NCBI GenBank assembly: GCA_028534125.1
Contig: CM052817.1
Coordinates: forward strand, 6,636,001-6,700,000
Direction of reading: 5' to 3'
DNA from: Lama glama
Lineage: Eukaryota
DNA: 64,000 nucleotides
Shown: piece after piece, positions 61,401 through 64,000 of the stretch
Layout of the letters: every line of letters begins with the position of its first letter
Numbering within the stretch: the stretch's first letter is position 1
Position numbers and translations under genes: made by a program
Notes under the pieces: model-generated
Told to the model about the DNA's origin: nothing
Database searches by the model: none
Seen by the model: the letters and a program-made list of their open reading frames with translations, nothing else

Positions 61401-62353
61401 AGGAGAGACGGAGACTGGACAGGTGAACAGCCCTGACTGTCAGAGGAGGGGCTTTCTGAAAAAGAGACACCAGAGACTTGGAGCAGGGTGGTCATGCGTG
61501 GAGGTGTTGAAAGTGGTGGAGTCCAGATGCATTCAGAAGGTAAAGCAATCAGGACCTGCAGACAGATTTTATGTGGAATGGTACGGAAAAAGTTAAACAA
61601 ACAAACAAACAACAAATTCATGAGCCATTCTTGATTTAGGGTAAGATCGGGATGTTGAACTTCCTGGATTTAGTGACAGTGTCACAGGACTCAGGACTCA
61701 GGACTCCATGCTTCACTCTTACTTCTCGGTGATTCTGTACAAAATGAAATCCCCCAAAAAGCAAACAACCTATCTTCTCTGAGCCCCAGCCTCCTCCTAT
61801 GCAGAATTAGGAGATTGCTGTCATGTTAGGTTTGTTCTGAGAATTACTCGGGATCTTACATAGGAATGATTCAGCTTTCTTCCTCAGTCCCTGACCTGGG
61901 GAAGTCCTCTCTTTACTTGAAGACCCAGACGACTCTGATATCAGACTTAGGCAGTGGTTTAGAAACAACCTGATATTGCAGAAAGGGCCAGACTCCTGCC
62001 TCAGACAGATGTGATCTCAAAACTTGCTCCTTATCAGCAACGTGACTATGAGTGACTTAACTTTTCCCAACCACAGTCTGACAAATGCAGAACAAACAGA
62101 GTGACACTTACATTGTGGGCTTACTCAGAGCTTTTTGGGAGAATTAAATGAACTTAAATATAAAATACAGCACTTAAAATTTGTACTCCAAGATCTGGTA
62201 CGTGGCACGTAGATTCTTGTTCAATGTTCATTCTCCACCATCAAGATAAGTAGGGAGATACGAGCAGAGATAGAGATAGATTATTCAGATTGAAGCCATT
62301 GGTTTTCTGTGGTACTGGGTTCTTAACCAAGGCCTGGTTGACAAATGTTGGCT

Positions 62354-62355
<2 letters not shown>

Positions 62356-62402
<47 letters not shown>

Positions 62403-62405
62403 TTT
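62356..62405. repeat. (TTAT)n tetranucleotide microsatellite, ~12 units
   Basis: Directly visible perfect array. Confidence 0.95.
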
Positions 62406-63776
62406 TGAGGAACCCTGTGTCTCATCCTGGAAATTCTTACTGTTGCCACAGCGCTTTGGAATTAGCAGGTCTGGAAACTTTCAGTGGAGAATAACCCAAA
62501 GTGGTTTACAGCACCTTACAGTCTTGGAATGATGCAAGCAAGGGACTCTTAAAAAAAAAATGTACAGGAATTCACTAGGAAGGAAGAGATGGATTTCCCT
62601 TGAGCCAAGTTTCAGTGGTGAAATGATGTCATCAAAAGAGAGGCTTTGTATTTTAAATGACACACACGGAACGCCTCCCTGTTCAACCTGCTCCGCTCTC
62701 AGGGCTGTCAGCACAAATCAGTGCTGAGGCGGTCCGCCAAGGCACCAGGCTGGCCGTGGCGTCTCACAGGAAGACTGTCAGGGAACTGAGTCGTGCCTTA
62801 CATGTAGACAGCCTCCTGTCATCAGACTAATCACGGAGCCTTTTCCTTGTGGCTAATGGGTAGTTTTCTTTAATCTCCAGAAACCTCTGATCAATTAGCT
62901 GCTATTTAAGCCAATCAAGGAAATTGAGAAATGGGGTTTAATTAGCTTCCTGAAGGTTACACACAGTGTCAGTCAGCAGCGAATTCAAAAGTGGAACTCA
63001 GGGCAGAAGAGGTAGACGTGGGAAGAGTGAAAACGAGGTGACAGCCAAGTGGCATGAAGACTCAGGCAGGCAGCGGGAGACGGGACACTCCCTGCCCACC
63101 ACCGGAAGCCCGCCAGGTCCTCCTTCAAGGAAAGCAGCTCTCCGTTGAACAATTAATTCTGCGTTGGTGTTCTTAAAGCACGTTGCGTTTCACCACTTGT
63201 TCCTTCCCAGGTCAGCACACGGCCCCATCAGCCCTCCTCTTAACCCCACTGCGCGATTGTGCGGAATTCGTGGTACAGCACGGGTGATGATTTGATGGTG
63301 AAGAGTCCCAGCTCTAATGCCCACGAAGGTTTTAGCCAGAGCCCAGCACACCTGAGGGCCAATGATTAGCCACTGTCCTCGTCGCGATCTGCCCCCAGAT
63401 TCTATCCGTGCCAACTCCCTGGCATTACTGAAATCGGTTTTCCTTTCTCTATCCCTTGTGTTCTGGCTACCTTCTTCCTCCTCTCTGAGTTTTTGGTGGC
63501 TTTACCACATGGTTAGTCTGCAAACTTGACCTGTCTCTCCAGCGTTCCCTCAATATCATCCTGGTTTGGCATCTCTTCTTCAGAGTTTTTCGGGGTCCTG
63601 CCAAGCTCCTGATTCAGTTGATTTATTTCCATACAATTTGTTTTCCTGTGACAAGGGATGATATTCACTCATAGGGATGCCTCACTATGTTTCTCGGCCA
63701 GTCTAAGCATTTGTTTCTCCACGTGTGACGCTGCAAAATCCTGGGATAGATCGATGGTTTTGATCTCTTCGGTTAG

Positions 63777-63850
63777 TGTATAAGTTTCCTATTACTGGTG
63801 TAACAAATTACTATAAATCTAGCTGGTTGTAACAGCACATTTTGATCATC
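63777..63850 (-). mobile_element. MLT1 LTR end fragment
   Basis: TGTAT.AGTTTCCTATT.CTG.TGTAACAAATTAC.A.AAA..TAG. Confidence 0.6.
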
Positions 63851-64000
63851 TTTCTTCCTCTCTCTCTCCGATCTCTCCCCCCTGCCATACTTTCTTTCTT
63901 CCTAAGAAATTTCAAAGACAATGGCTTACAGTTTAGATAGAGGCCATAGAACAAACATTTAGAGAAAGCTGTAAAATTTCAAAGATTTCACTGAATGTAT

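Noticed and set aside
1..64000. CRISPR array, operon, prophage, NUMT or other novel multi-gene system
   Set aside because: No regularly spaced repeat-spacer array, no gene-dense coding region and no mitochondrial-like segment seen; the content is typical eutherian non-coding DNA

Overview
This is mammalian, repeat-rich non-coding DNA (intergenic or deep intronic). It is most likely from a camelid: there is a Vic-1-type tRNA-derived SINE at ~36.3 kb plus several young cetartiodactyl-type L1 3' ends. I can support no protein-coding gene, structural RNA gene, CRISPR array or prokaryotic system; the ORF track is explained by chance frames and transposon remnants. A large share of the window is recognisable transposon debris: MIR, L2, old and young L1, MaLR/ERVL solo LTRs, and hAT and Tc1/mariner MITEs. 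Subfamily names and most repeat boundaries are by-eye estimates from remembered consensus sequences. The most interesting observations are: (1) a frameshifted relic of an RTE-clade LINE endonuclease at ~5.8-6.1 kb; (2) a cluster of templated-duplication scars at 19.4-21.2 kb, including a 79-bp segment copied 1659 bp away; (3) two well-formed plus-strand candidate exons downstream of a CpG-rich patch, possibly a lncRNA; (4) NF-E2/MARE-type enhancer motifs; (5) a chimeric young/old L1. I found no convincing novel biological system.
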